A DNA stretch of 64,000 nt from Octopus sinensis (lineage: Eukaryota). Under the pieces are notes generated by a model, which made no database searches, was not told the origin of the DNA, and was given only the letters and a program-made list of their open reading frames with translations. The stretch spans positions 6,634,001-6,698,000 of the forward strand of contig NC_043001.1 of NCBI RefSeq assembly GCF_006345805.1. The letters are read 5' to 3'. The position numbers were made by a program, and so were the translations under genes. This document shows, in pieces, positions 25,951 through 38,593 of the stretch (position 1 is its first letter; each line of letters starts with the position of its first letter).

Positions 25951-26366
25951 TATACAGGAATGAGCAAGAAGCGAGACAGGTAATATCGTTTACTTCCTGT
26001 TAAAAAGAGAAAAGGAAAATCGAACGGGGTAGAGTTCAGAATACAGCAACGGCATTGCGTGGATAGAACAAAATACGAGAGTGAGCTTCATACGGATCTT
26101 CATACCGTTTTCCACCTACCTTTGAACAATCGAGGATTGGACATGAACTTCTTTGGGTATTATACCTTTTGTTACATAATTTCATCTTTGAATATTAATT
26201 CACTGATTGTGCAATTTCTGTTGTTGCGTTCAGAAATTCATCCCTTTTATACATAAGAATTTATCTGATCGTAACAACATACATACAGAAATAAAAATAC
26301 CATGTTGTTCATGGTGCTTTTGCAATGAAAGAGCCTTGGATTTAGGCTCGAAACATACTTTTAGAA

Positions 26367-26592
26367 GGTAGTGAGCTGGTAGAAACGTAAGGACGCCGGG
26401 TGAGATTCTTAGCGGTATTTCGTCTGTATTTACGTTCAAATTCCGCCGAGGTCGACTTTGCCTTTCATCCTTTCGGAGTCGATTAAATAAGTACCAGTTA
26501 CGCTCTGGGGTCGATATAATCGACTTAATCTCTTTGTCTGTCCTTGTTTGTCCCCTCTGTGTGTATCCCCTTGTGGGCAGTAAAGAAATAAG
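26367..26592 (+). mobile_element. SINE family A, full length
   Basis: tRNA-like head gtagtgagctggtagaaacg..., ttcaaattccgccgaggtcgactttgcctttcatcc core, tail gtaaagaaataag. Confidence 0.9.
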
Positions 26593-27926
26593 AAATCTAC
26601 TGTTTCTCTATTGGTAAGAAATCTTGAAATAAACCGAACAATAACTTACTTACATTCCTACAGGTATAAATACACCCAAGCACACAGACAGACACACACG
26701 AAGGCAATCACACACATGTATGTATATATATATATATATATATATACCCTTGCGTGTGTAAGCGTTTGTCGTTTGTTTTTGTTGCTTTTATGTTTCGGTA
26801 AGCTTGATTTGTCTCAAGAAATAAAATATTCTGAAAATATTTTCCCATAGTTTGCTGCTTTTATTGATAATAAATTGTTTAGTATGATTGAAGATTCTAC
26901 ATTTAGTGTTATTAAATTTAAATGTAACATGTGATTAAATTTTACTCCTAATATTTGCAATAATTTAAATCCTGTAAATAACTTTGAAAACAATAATACT
27001 TAACACATTTGAACTTGCTTAAATCCGGTTTCTAAATATAAAATAACATTTTGTTATATAAAATTACCTACACTTCGACATTTCAATTTTATGATGTACA
27101 TTGAATTCCCAGATTCGGAAAGCAGAAACTATATTCGAATACATATAGAATATATTTGAAAAATTGGCATTTATATTCCTATAATGATTCTGCGTCCGTT
27201 CTTATAATGGTATTTATACTTAATATTAGAGCGACGCAATTGTTTTATGCCGCATACTACACTGAATTGAGAAAAATATATTACATTGCTAAAGCTAGCA
27301 ATAATTTGGTACTTAACAAGCGAATAATAAATTTAGAACTTATAAGATAAATCAATATTTATGTAAATGAAGTCGAATTATGAAGATTATAAAATGTTTC
27401 TTATCTGTCTTAAAACACAGCAGTGAATAAATAAATAGGTAAATAACTGAAGGAATTAATAATGCAGTGTAGACATGGATGTTTAATGCTATTGGAAATC
27501 AATTTGATATATAATTTATATATATTTTCCCACCTTTAATCATATTTGCATATACGAAACATTAGTGAAACATATTTAAAATGCATGAGAATATTAACTA
27601 ATGTGAAATTTCGGTTTATGTTATTATTAATGAGATAACCTTTTTATATCAAATAATGTGATGCATTATTTTATAAATATAACATACATAATATTTATAA
27701 GAAAATGGCGTCTTTTTCTGTTATATTCCGACATCTATCAGAAGGCAATCTACTGCGAACGACAATTTCGAGAAGTGTGAGATAAACACACACACACACA
27801 CACACACGCATGCACACAGACAGATACACACATACATATTTGGAAGCATACATATACTGATACATAACCATATTTGTTCATGAGTATATATGTATATGCA
27901 CACACACACACACACACATACATACG

Positions 27927-27976
<50 letters not shown>

Positions 27977-28162
27977 CATAAACACAGAGTGGAAACAGAT
28001 ACGAATATGTATTACTGAGTTGAAAGAAACGGAAATACAGGCCTAAAAATCATCCGAATCTCACACACATGCATATGCTTGCGCGCACGTGTGTATGCCT
28101 ATGTGTATGTTTGCGTGTGATTTCTAAACTTAAATCAGTGATGCATAATGTAAATTTAATCT

Positions 28163-29265
28163 AAATGAATATTGTATATCTCTCAATTTGAGTTTGATGA
28201 TAAATTACTGTATTCATTTGGCCTGGAGCTATTAAAATTATACTAAATTAATGCATAACATTTCTTAAAAAATGCAACAGAATTAATTCGAATATATATG
28301 ACTTTTTTCATCTTGCAGTAATATAGAGTTTTGAATGCAAATTATATTAATATGATCTAAGCAATACTCATTGTGATGTATAAAGAAGACATATATAATA
28401 TATTTAACAGTTTCACTTACATTTGAATGTATATCACTCATACAGGAAACGCTGGAGAATATAAATGAACATATGTGTAGAAATTCGTACATACACGCGA
28501 CGCACTATCAAATAAATATAGACATACATAGATATTCACGCGCACACACAAAGAGGTGCAGACGCCTTATATAGATACATGCGGAGATGAGCTTATATAT
28601 TTAATTTTTGTTAAATCTATACACAATTGTTGCTGTATATTTCAGGGTTAGTTGATGAATGGGTAAATGAGCCCCGAATGAAAACTTACCGTATATTGAA
28701 GACTAAAACATGGGAAGTGGCAGTTCATTGTCAAAGTACAAATTTGACTACGATTCAAGAAGTAAAAACAAAATGTAGAAGAATAAAGATGAGATGTCTG
28801 AGAAAGAAGTGAGAAGGAATCTTCTGAAATTACATTATGGAGACTTGACATTTGAATGCAAACTGAAAGACGTGTGAAGGCGCTTATATGGCTACGTGGT
28901 AAGAAAGTTGATTCCAGCCAAATCTTTCAGAATTTAGTCACACTGGGGAGTAGGCAGCTTGGTGACTATCTTCTACTACAGCCATATTCCGTTCAAAGAA
29001 TTTATAAAAAGGACATATATATCATATATGTCTACTTCATACATCACAATGAGTATTGCTTAGATCATATTAATATAATTTGCATCCAAAACTCTATATT
29101 ACTGCAAGATGAAAAAAGTCATAAATATTCGAATTAATTCTGTTGCATATGTTACGAAATGTTTTTACTAAATGCATTAATTTAGTATAATTTTAATGGC
29201 TCCAGGCCAAATGAATACAGTAATTTATCATCAAGCTCAAATTGAGAAATATACAATATTCATTT
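28163..29265. repeat. Long inverted repeat, arms ~28163-28403 and ~29015-29265, spacer ~610 bp
   Basis: Arms are near reverse complements; ORF track gives nearly identical peptides (HHNEYCLDHINIICIQNSILLQDEKSH) on opposite strands. Confidence 0.9.
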
Positions 29266-29334
29266 GTTAATCGGAAACTGTAGGAAATCATTCGCGCGCT
29301 CGAGGATGTCTATTCTTTCTTTTTCTTTTTATTA

Positions 29335-29525
29335 TTTTCACTTGTTTTGTTCATTTGACTGCGGCCATGCTGGAACACCGAATAAAAGAGGTGTTAGTCG
29401 AAGAAATCGATTCCAAGACTTATCTTTTTTAAGCCTAGGATTTATATAATTGGCCAGTTTACCGAACCGCTAAGTTTCGGGTACATAAACACGTTAGCAA
29501 CGCTTGTCAAGGGACGCCGGGGAAT
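29335..29525 (-). mobile_element. SINE family B 3' half
   Basis: catttgactgcggccatgctggaacacc...ccgaaccgctaag...cttgtcaag. Confidence 0.75.
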
Positions 29526-29582
29526 GTGACAAACGCAAATGCACACATACACTCACACACACACATATATATATACATTGAT

Positions 29583-29740
29583 GCAACTTAGCCGTTCGGC
29601 AAAGAAACCGATAGAATAATCAAATAATCCCTAGGCTTACAAAGAATAAGTCCAGGGGCCAATGTTTTGGAATAAATCACTGATGTGCTGCTGCAGCATG
29701 GCGACATTCAAATGACTGGAACGGCTGCTGCAATAAAAAA
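29583..29740 (+). mobile_element. SINE family B 3' tail
   Basis: aacttagccgttcggcaaagaaaccgatagaataa...ctaggcttacaaagaataagtcc...cagcatggcgacattcaaatgactgg. Confidence 0.7.
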
Positions 29741-29742
29741 GA

Positions 29743-29778
<36 letters not shown>

Positions 29779-29839
29779 CACTCCACCTCTTTACTATCAT
29801 TAATTAATTTTATTTTGAGCGCAGTGTCCATGATGTGGT

Positions 29840-30700
29840 ACCGCTACACCTTCACTCTTCGAAATCTCTCATATGCGGCATTTAGTGAATGGTGGAATTA
29901 AATAATGCTGCTCTCATCTACGTTCTCTGCCGTAATGTAGTACGATCCGGATTTTGTGACAGGAGGAGATGCACTTCTCTTTTCAAGACACGTACCTCCA
30001 CAACATGCAGATCACCCAGTCTTTCGGAACGATACTGAAAATTTATGGTTCCTTGACTCCCTCTCCGTTGCAGTTTCAGTTCCTGTCTACCGAAGGTGAT
30101 GTTGAGATCTTTGGTACTGGCGCTCCCTCCGTTTTCTTGCAAAAACGATGCAAAAGTTACACAAACATGATTTTCCTGATGTATAGATATCCCTCCGATA
30201 TTTAAGTTGTTCAGCAACTGCTTCAACACTCAGTCGTAGTGGTGTAAGAGCTCTGCTAGACAGCTGCGACCTGGTAGAAAACCGCAACTGGAACGCAATT
30301 ATGTTCCTGTGGTCTTGCCGTTAAATGACTTTGCTGATATGTGATATCAGATAGATAAAAAAATAATTTACCTCATCTACTCTGCTTCCTCCTTAGTTTA
30401 GTTTCTGTCTGGGATTTTACCAATTCCAAGGAAACTCTGAAAGGTGCAGTGCTTTGCAGGGGACGCGTGAATGATTTGAGAATGATTACAGGGAAAGCAT
30501 TATTGTTAGCAACTGACTTGTGTCTAGCCAATCTACAGCCTTCATTACATCTTCAGGATTGCCAATGCAAGCATTTAAAATTTCCTTGGTTACTATTGAT
30601 GTGTCACAGCCTCCGTTAGATTCTTCACTTGCTAGTGTTCCAAAGGTATAATGAAAATTCTTTTGAACCTTCCGATGATCTAAATCTCTTACAGCGTGGT
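29840..30700 (-). pseudogene. CR1-clade LINE reverse transcriptase fragment, heavily decayed and internally deleted
   Basis: Minus-strand peptides PEDVMKAVD, GGSRVDEVNY...SHISKVI, GFLPGRSCLAELLHHYD*VLKQLLNNLN (cf. QHGFRPGRSCLTQLL). Confidence 0.7.
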
Positions 30701-31031
30701 TTTCAAGCAGGGATTTTCAATACTTTTGGGATGTTCATTCAAGTGGTTTGAATCCTTGCAGGCTAACACCACGAAAATTATATCCGTAGTTATAACAGTC
30801 GAGACCCAGGAACTTGAATATTCGACGAGGGCTTCATGAAAACATCCACCATTTATGGGGCAGAATGTTCTCCAACGCGTTATGATAGCATAACCGAAAA
30901 GAAGTGTTACATCGGGTTATGTGAAATCAACTTCCACAATAGCTATGTTAACCATATATCTTCCTTCCAGCACATACGTAAAGTTATATATGCACATACA
31001 TATACGTACATACACACAACATACATATATC

Positions 31032-31062
<31 letters not shown>

Positions 31063-31595
31063 CACAAATATATATATAGATATATTTATATATATATATA
31101 TTATATATATTATATATATTATAATATATATATATATTATATATATATATATAATATATATATGTATATATGGATTTTAACGCAGGTGTAGTTCAAATTC
31201 TTTTACTTCCGACACATGTTTCGAAGATATCACTGATATTATTCCAAAGGAATAAAATGGTGTAAAACAATGTAATTTTGTTTTCAGGAAAGAGAAGAAA
31301 TGAAACTCGTCAATAAGACATTTTAACAGAAAATGATGGATATGTATAGTGATTAACTGAACGCTATTAATATTGTTTGAATGATATTACGTCTGAGGTA
31401 GAAAGAGGAGGGATAAATTAAACAAAATCTAAATAAATGGGGAGTATATGACTATATGTATATTAAATAAAACCTTATATACTAGGAAATATATATTTAG
31501 TGAATGTGAACTATAAAAAGAAAATTAATGTTTATATTATATGTAATGATAGAGATCACTTATATGAACTAAAGGTGTGTTTTGCCAATGTTTAC

Positions 31596-31816
31596 ATCGG
31601 TATGCACGCTCTATAACTGTGTTTACTAGGGGATTTTTAGAAAAATAATTAAAGATATTTCAGAACTACAGAGAAGACAGAATTCCTTGCCTTTGTCATA
31701 AGGTATCGTGATTGAGAGTATCCACCATTCTAAATCAAACTGCTTATTGTGGTCTTTTAGATCTCAAATTAATTTACTGAGCCCTGTACTGTTACGGTTA
31801 TAGAGCGTGCATACCG

Positions 31817-31818
<2 letters not shown>
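31596..31818. mobile_element. MITE with 22-bp perfect TIRs
   Basis: atcggtatgcacgctctataac (31596-31617) and gttatagagcgtgcataccgat (31797-31818); 223 bp, non-coding; right end abuts (TA)n. Confidence 0.75.
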
Positions 31819-31869
<51 letters not shown>

Positions 31870-33963
31870 ATATATTATATATATATATATATATATAATA
31901 TATATAAGCGTATCTCAACATTTATACGTATTGAGAGACAGATTCTGTAGAAACATTCATTGTAGCAGGAAAGATATGTAAACATTCGCATGCTGGCAAG
32001 GAAGAGAAGTCTCATACTACTGCTAATATGCTCATGCATGCGATTGGCATATAAATATTCAATTATTTCATATATTTCCTGCTTTAATAGGCATGAACCC
32101 TTGCTTAAACATTTGATCACTCAGTAACAAGATGATATGTAAATTTGAATTAATGTTACTCTGCCTTCCACCAGCTGAACCTCTCGATACGACTTATCTC
32201 CCTTTGTTTCCGCAAATTCTCATTCCCATTCTTACACCCCATGCGATTTCTATCACATATGTGGTACATGATAACTAATTTACCATATCGGCTCTTGAAT
32301 AGGTCACCGTCGATGTTTATACAGGTTTCAATGTTTACTTGAGGATAGTGAAATTATGCTATGACGTAATCTGGCAATGCATCAATAAAATTCTACCGAA
32401 ACAGATGTAGTATATTTTCAAACCAATTTTCGTTATTCGTAATGTATACATGTATATGTGTGTTTGTGGGTGTGTGTATTAATATATATGTACGTATGTA
32501 TGTTCGTATGTATATATGTTTTTATGTATGTATGTTTGTTTGCAGTATCCCATGCATGTTTATATGTATATTATCAGTGGTATGCATACGGATTCCCACT
32601 TTTACAGTTACGCATTCCTTATAGTTACTATTATACATTAACGAGGGCAAAATTCTCGGTGCACTCGATATTTGAATGCTAATCATACGAAATGTGCGAA
32701 TATTTTTGTATTATTTCCTTTCATCTGATACGATACAATATTTAATAGCCATAATTCTGGAAAACAATTAAAAGCATCTTTCTCTTTCAAATGTTTACAA
32801 CATTTCTGAAATTGGACAATGGCTTTGAGTATGAATACATATATATATTTTTTTTTTATATTTTTGTTTTGTGTGTGCCAAAACATTAAATATACATTTG
32901 CAATTAGAAACATATAAAGGAAAACAAATTTCATTGCTCATTGTTTTACTAGTTATCTTGCGCTACCAGATTTCATATAATAGGTTAGGATGTAATTACA
33001 ATTTTATCGGCATATGCCAGCCATTATCTGTGAAATATTTATTATTATATTCAACTACTGAATACATTAGAAGTAGTTTGACTTTTCAAATCAATGAATC
33101 ATTGATGTGTTTTATGTTTATAATATTATTTCACCTCAGTGCTGCCCTCACTGAGATTAATCAAGTATAATATACATCCCATATCATCATTCACACGCGC
33201 TTTGCATTTCTTAGTGTCCTTTATCCAATGTGAGCCCCCCTTTATAAAAGGACGGGCAAATATATACACTAGCTGTGTCTAATATTTTTATTCGATTGAT
33301 TCCTAAAGGAACGGGAATATCGCCTGCGTTCTCCTTGAACGCAAAACCAAATCTGCATTGCCTCAGGCATTTAAACTTTGGTAACCTTTGTTTAGTGATT
33401 GTGTTTCATAAGAGTCAGCTATATCTTTACTGAATATGGCAAGGCCTGCGGCAGTATGAACAGTAGGACGCTTTGGTTTCCCGGATGATTTCTCATTCAA
33501 CAGTATTTGTACATTCAGGTAGCAGGCCGCTAGATATATTACAAGGATATTGATGTCAGTTCAGTTTAAATTTACGCATATGCATTACCTGATCGGCTGA
33601 TTTGTAAAGCATATTTCACTATAATTTACCAGAGCACAGCGCAATCGCTGTTTCTGGAAGCGGTTTTTCTTTTTAACTTCATACAACAGGATATTTGTAA
33701 AGATTACTGGTCGATCAAAGAGGATTCCACTTCATTCTACAATGATAGGAAATATACAAGAAGGAGAAAAATCAAATATACGAAATTTGAAATGTGACGC
33801 TGAAACGCTACACTTCTAATAAGTAGCACTCTATAAAAAAGACAAGTTCATACGATAGCATTAAATTAGAACATTATCTCTACCCACTTACTCATGGAGA
33901 GCACAGACCACAGAGGGCAAGTATGTAAATATTGCTTTTCATGATATATATATATACATATTT

Positions 33964-34031
<68 letters not shown>

Positions 34032-34191
34032 GAAAAATGGAGGAACAGATTCCTTTCAATCATCGACTTACAGATATTACCAATTCATATTATTTATTAA
34101 CTACTTAAATAGGAACATCCAAAACCAACAGAATAAAACAATATACATCAATAAGTAAGATAATACCATAAAAATAATACACATAAAATGG

Positions 34192-34284
34192 ATCTTACAG
34201 CTGTTTCAGCCTGTAGATAAAGGTATCTCATTGTGCCTGTATTAGTCAGATGTATTGAGGTAATATGCAGATAAAAACGAGTTA

Positions 34285-34320
<36 letters not shown>

Positions 34321-34338
34321 AAGGCCTCGTCAGAGATT
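34192..34338 (-). ncRNA. Type I hammerhead ribozyme motif with long stem II insertion
   Basis: aUCU-CUGACGA-GGCCU...AGGCU-GAAAC-AGCU-GUA|AGAU; all core nucleotides canonical; stems I, II and palindromic stem III can pair. Confidence 0.65.
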
Positions 34339-34856
34339 ATAAAGTACAATGGGTACTTCACCAGCAGTATATTGTATAACTGATATCCCATAGTGGGTTA
34401 CACTCATAACCCCTATCTCACTTTGTACTCATATATATATATATTCGCGAACATGAATTTTCTGTACATTTCGCTTCTTCTCATATTTAACATTACACCT
34501 GGAAAAATTCTCTTATCGAAATTTTCACTATGTGTGTGTGTTTGGACATGTATGCACAATAACTATTTGCATAATCTCATGAAGAGATCAGAGTAGTAAC
34601 TATACTAACTCGTAAAGTTAATCGCCAAATCAAAGTGACTGTTCCATGTTACTACTAGTTTAAACCTAGATATCTTCCAACCATGTGGTTATCGGTGCAG
34701 CCTGCAGTCTGTATATATATGTTGCAATCAGGGGACGAACCCTCCACCTTCTAGCAGACAACAGAATCACGTGACTGATTCAGTTCTAGCGGTTCGCTCA
34801 TCTTTAGTTGCGAGCACCTGGTCGCCAGAATATGTAAATATATATATATATATATC

Positions 34857-34938
<82 letters not shown>

Positions 34939-34946
34939 TATATACA

Positions 34947-35235
34947 TCTATATATATAAAACTCAACTTGTGTGTCTGTGTATGTATCTGTGTGTGTGTC
35001 TGTGTGTTTAACTTCCCGGCACATCTCCTTCGTTATGTCTTCATAACCAGACATAACACGAGGTTTTGAGAAATTTGAAAAGTCAACACGAAACCGGTAA
35101 TTTCTTCAAAAACTATGTCACTGTATGAAAAAATTTATAACATTCTTCTGACATAATGACTGAAATATATTTTGTAACCCTTTAAAACAAGCCTTCTGTA
35201 GTTTTTTCACTTTTTATACTATTTTCCATATATAT
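34947..35235 (+). mobile_element. Helitron-like non-autonomous element (5' terminus), family shared with 60310-60478
   Basis: a|TCtatatatataaaactcaacttgtgtg resembles the 5' end of the 53961-54480 Helitron (tatatataaaactgtagttgtgtg); no convincing 3' hairpin-CTAG found. Confidence 0.45.
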
Positions 35236-35263
35236 ATATATATATATATAAAGAGAGAGAGAG

Positions 35264-35326
<63 letters not shown>

Positions 35327-35589
35327 CTGAAATGTTTTTATAAAATTATTTTGGCATTTTCTCCCTTGACTTTTTCCATACATACATATATAAATACATA
35401 TTTATATATATGTCTGCCTCGTGTATCATCTATTTGTTGTGATAATACTAGTATTTTCCTGCCTTACGTAATCATCAACTTTATATAGCAATGATGAAAG
35501 TCGTGTTCTACAGTTGACAACTGAAGGGAAATTATTAAATTTGTCCTTTGAGTAACTTCCGATAGGCTCCAGAAGGATGAAAATTATTA

Positions 35590-36160
35590 ACTGAACAATC
35601 TCCAATTTTCAAAGGAGATGAGTAGTTTTCAGATTACCATTTCTAGTCATAATGGTAATTAAAAGAAACAACACCATCAACACTGATATATATTAAATCA
35701 CACAGGCATGTATCAATTCCTGAAATTTATATCGTGCAATCGAAGTCTGAAAAAATACATTATCCCATATTGTCTAACCGGAAAAAATATGTAGCATTGC
35801 TGAAGATGTGAATACCAGAGGCAAACGCTTAACAGAACTCAAAGAATTTCTACTCAAACAAAAACGTCCATCTTTACTCATAGGAAATGGTATACAGCGT
35901 GCAATAGAAATACTCATAAAACAAATTAAGGTATCCCAAGAAAGAGGTAACCACGAATCGGTCATACCAATTTTAATGACACACAATCTGTGTCATCAAA
36001 ATATCTTTAGCGCTGCCAAAGCAAACCTGCTGATCATTGCTCAAAGTAATGAATAAAATGATATAATCACGGAGCGAGCTATGTTTCTCAGTAAAAGACG
36101 GTCGAAGAACTTGAAATAATTATTAACAAAGGCAAAATTTGACCTAAGCAACAATGTAGA
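35590..36160 (+). pseudogene. Penelope-like element RT C-terminal fragment
   Basis: LPFLVIMVIKRNNTINTDIY, HYPILS/IPYCL region, TRGKRLTELKEFLLKQKRPSLLIGNGIQRA, IPILMTHN, SKRRSKNLK*LLTKAKF follow the Penelope RT thumb-linker pattern. Confidence 0.7.
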
Positions 36161-36574
36161 ATCATTCATCGTATTGAAATTCAATGATAATCGATGTTAT
36201 AATGTCAGTGCATGCATGCCGATCAATATATTAGCACGAAAATCAGAAGAATATTTGCAAATGCAAATATGAACTGCAAAAGTAGAAATATAATTTACCT
36301 CAGGTGCCCGAAATGTGAAGAGATATACGTTGGTTAGACTGGGTATGAATCATTGGAGTGTTTACCTGTGTACCGACGCATGTTACGCACCGTTATGTCC
36401 GTCAAATCCCATTAAGCAAACATGTGGTAACATGCAGTAAGAAACTGCCTATAATATTCGCATTCTACAAACTGACCAACACAAATGAAATCGAGAGAGA
36501 AGTCAGAGACAGAAATGGTTTTCATAAATTCAAACCCGTTTGAAATGGACAATAATAGTAGGGATTGTAACAGT

Positions 36575-36622
36575 GATAGTTGTAATGATGATAATAATGC
36601 TACTTTTAAATATTACTGCTAT

Positions 36623-36699
<77 letters not shown>

Positions 36700-36733
36700 A
36701 CCACCAACCACCACCACCACCACCACCACCACC

Positions 36734-36779
<46 letters not shown>

Positions 36780-36790
36780 ACTACTCTACT

Positions 36791-36823
<33 letters not shown>

Positions 36824-36885
36824 CACCACCACCACCAACCACCACCACCACCACCACTACCACTACTACTACTATACTACTACTA

Positions 36886-36918
<33 letters not shown>

Positions 36919-36930
36919 GCTATCACCATT
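36575..36930. repeat. Compound (TAC)n/(CAC)n trinucleotide array
   Basis: Direct reading. Confidence 0.95.
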
Positions 36931-36931
36931 A

Positions 36932-37166
36932 TTTATTTCGTTACTGCCCACAAGGAGCTACACACAGAAGGGACAAACAAGGACAGACAAACGGATGAAG
37001 TCGATTACGTCGACCACAGTGTGATACTGGTTCTTAATTTATCGACCCCGAAAGGATGGAAGGAAAAGTTGACCTCGGCCGATTTTGAACTAAGAACGTA
37101 ACGGCAGACGAAATAACGCTAAGTATATCGCCCGGCGTGCGAAACTTTCTGCCAGCTCACCACCTT
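36932..37166 (-). mobile_element. SINE family A, full length
   Basis: Reverse complement of the 41297-41528 copy along its length. Confidence 0.9.
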
Positions 37167-37249
37167 TACTACCATCATTACTACTAACAACAACAATAGT
37201 AAAGGACATGGTGATGGTGGTGGTATTATTATTATTGCTCAGCAAGGCC

Positions 37250-37305
37250 ACAAACGGTGGTGCATCAGCATGGTCGCAGCTCTGAGCTAAAACTTGAGAG
37301 AAAAA
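37250..37305 (+). mobile_element. Short 3' tail fragment of CR1/SINE-B type
   Basis: ggtggtgcatcagcatggtcgcagctctgagctaaaac followed by an A-run resembles ggtggtgctccagcatggcc...gaaac. Confidence 0.5.
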
Positions 37306-37308
37306 AAA

Positions 37309-37400
37309 ATATGCCCACGAGCATATGGTGTTGTGGTTAAAAGCGCGGGCTACTAGCCCCAAGATACCAAGTCCGATTCCAGGCAGTCACCTGAATAATG

Positions 37401-37436
<36 letters not shown>

Positions 37437-37470
37437 GTAGTAGTAATAATAATAGTCATAATAATAACAA

Positions 37471-37532
<62 letters not shown>

Positions 37533-37535
37533 ATC

Positions 37536-37573
<38 letters not shown>

Positions 37574-37760
37574 TAATAATAATGACAACAACAACAATAA
37601 CAACAACGTCGTAAAATACCTTAGGAATGAGAGCCCAGGTTCGAAATTTCCTCCAAGACACCTGATGAAGGCTGGAGTGTATATCAGCTGAAACGCGTTA
37701 ACATCAAACAAGATGAGGACAAATATCCGTCAAATGTGAATAATGTAAATAATGAACACA
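37309..37760 (+). mobile_element. SINE family D (tRNA head + trinucleotide array + hammerhead body)
   Basis: Head gcatatggtgttgtggttaaaagcgcgggctactagcccc...gtccgattccaggcagtcacct; (AAT)/(TAC) array; CTGATGA (37662-37668)-A-GGCTG..CAGCT-GAAAC (37690-37694). Confidence 0.8.
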
Positions 37761-38419
37761 TTTCCTCACCTGTTAGAACTATATTATGTATATGTGCGCA
37801 TATATATACTTAAAAATATAATGTATAATATAAACCCAAGGAAATGGGAAACAGATAGAAAAGGTCAGCAAATGCTCATCAGTTATCGGTCAATGGGCTC
37901 CTCAATTTTGCGCTGTTTGGCGATGACAACGGCGAAAAGCTACCAGGAACAACGGAACAAGGGACTAAGCATGACAAAAATACATGTAATATACAATATA
38001 GAAAAGAAATAATATTGAATACAAGTAGTAAATGGACACGGGGTAAAGACGAAAACAGAAGAAGGAGGAATGTAAACTTAAGCTCAATATAAGACAAATA
38101 AACAGAATACGGCCTTGGGCGAGGATATTGTTAAGAGACGAAGATATTGTTAACGCGAAGAGGAAATTCATGAAAGTTATCCAAGAGGAGAGCAGAGAGA
38201 CAGAGAAACGTGTTCGAAGGTGGAACGAAAGAAAGACGAGCTGTCGCGACGGGGGTCTTTGTAAGAAAGGAAATGGGGATGAGGGAGTCATGAGGACCAC
38301 TGGTCACGCGTCAGTAGTAAGTATGTGAAAAGTTGTTGGGGACAGAAAGTGACACAGAAATCAGGGAGAGAGGAGAGGTTAAGACAGGGATTGGGAACAG
38401 CACGGAGGAACGAGTTTAA

Positions 38420-38451
<32 letters not shown>

Positions 38452-38593
38452 CAAACGGAGTGAATGGAACAGAAAGGAAGAGAAAAAAACCCTACAGTCC
38501 TTATTTTATTTACACTGAATGAATTCATATTTTCATGTCACAGCAAATTCTCTGCTTTCGTTTGTATATTGTACGTTTATTTCATAATTGTAT

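Noticed and set aside
37865-37885. CTGATGAG on the minus strand
   Set aside because: No paired stem II or correctly placed GAAA
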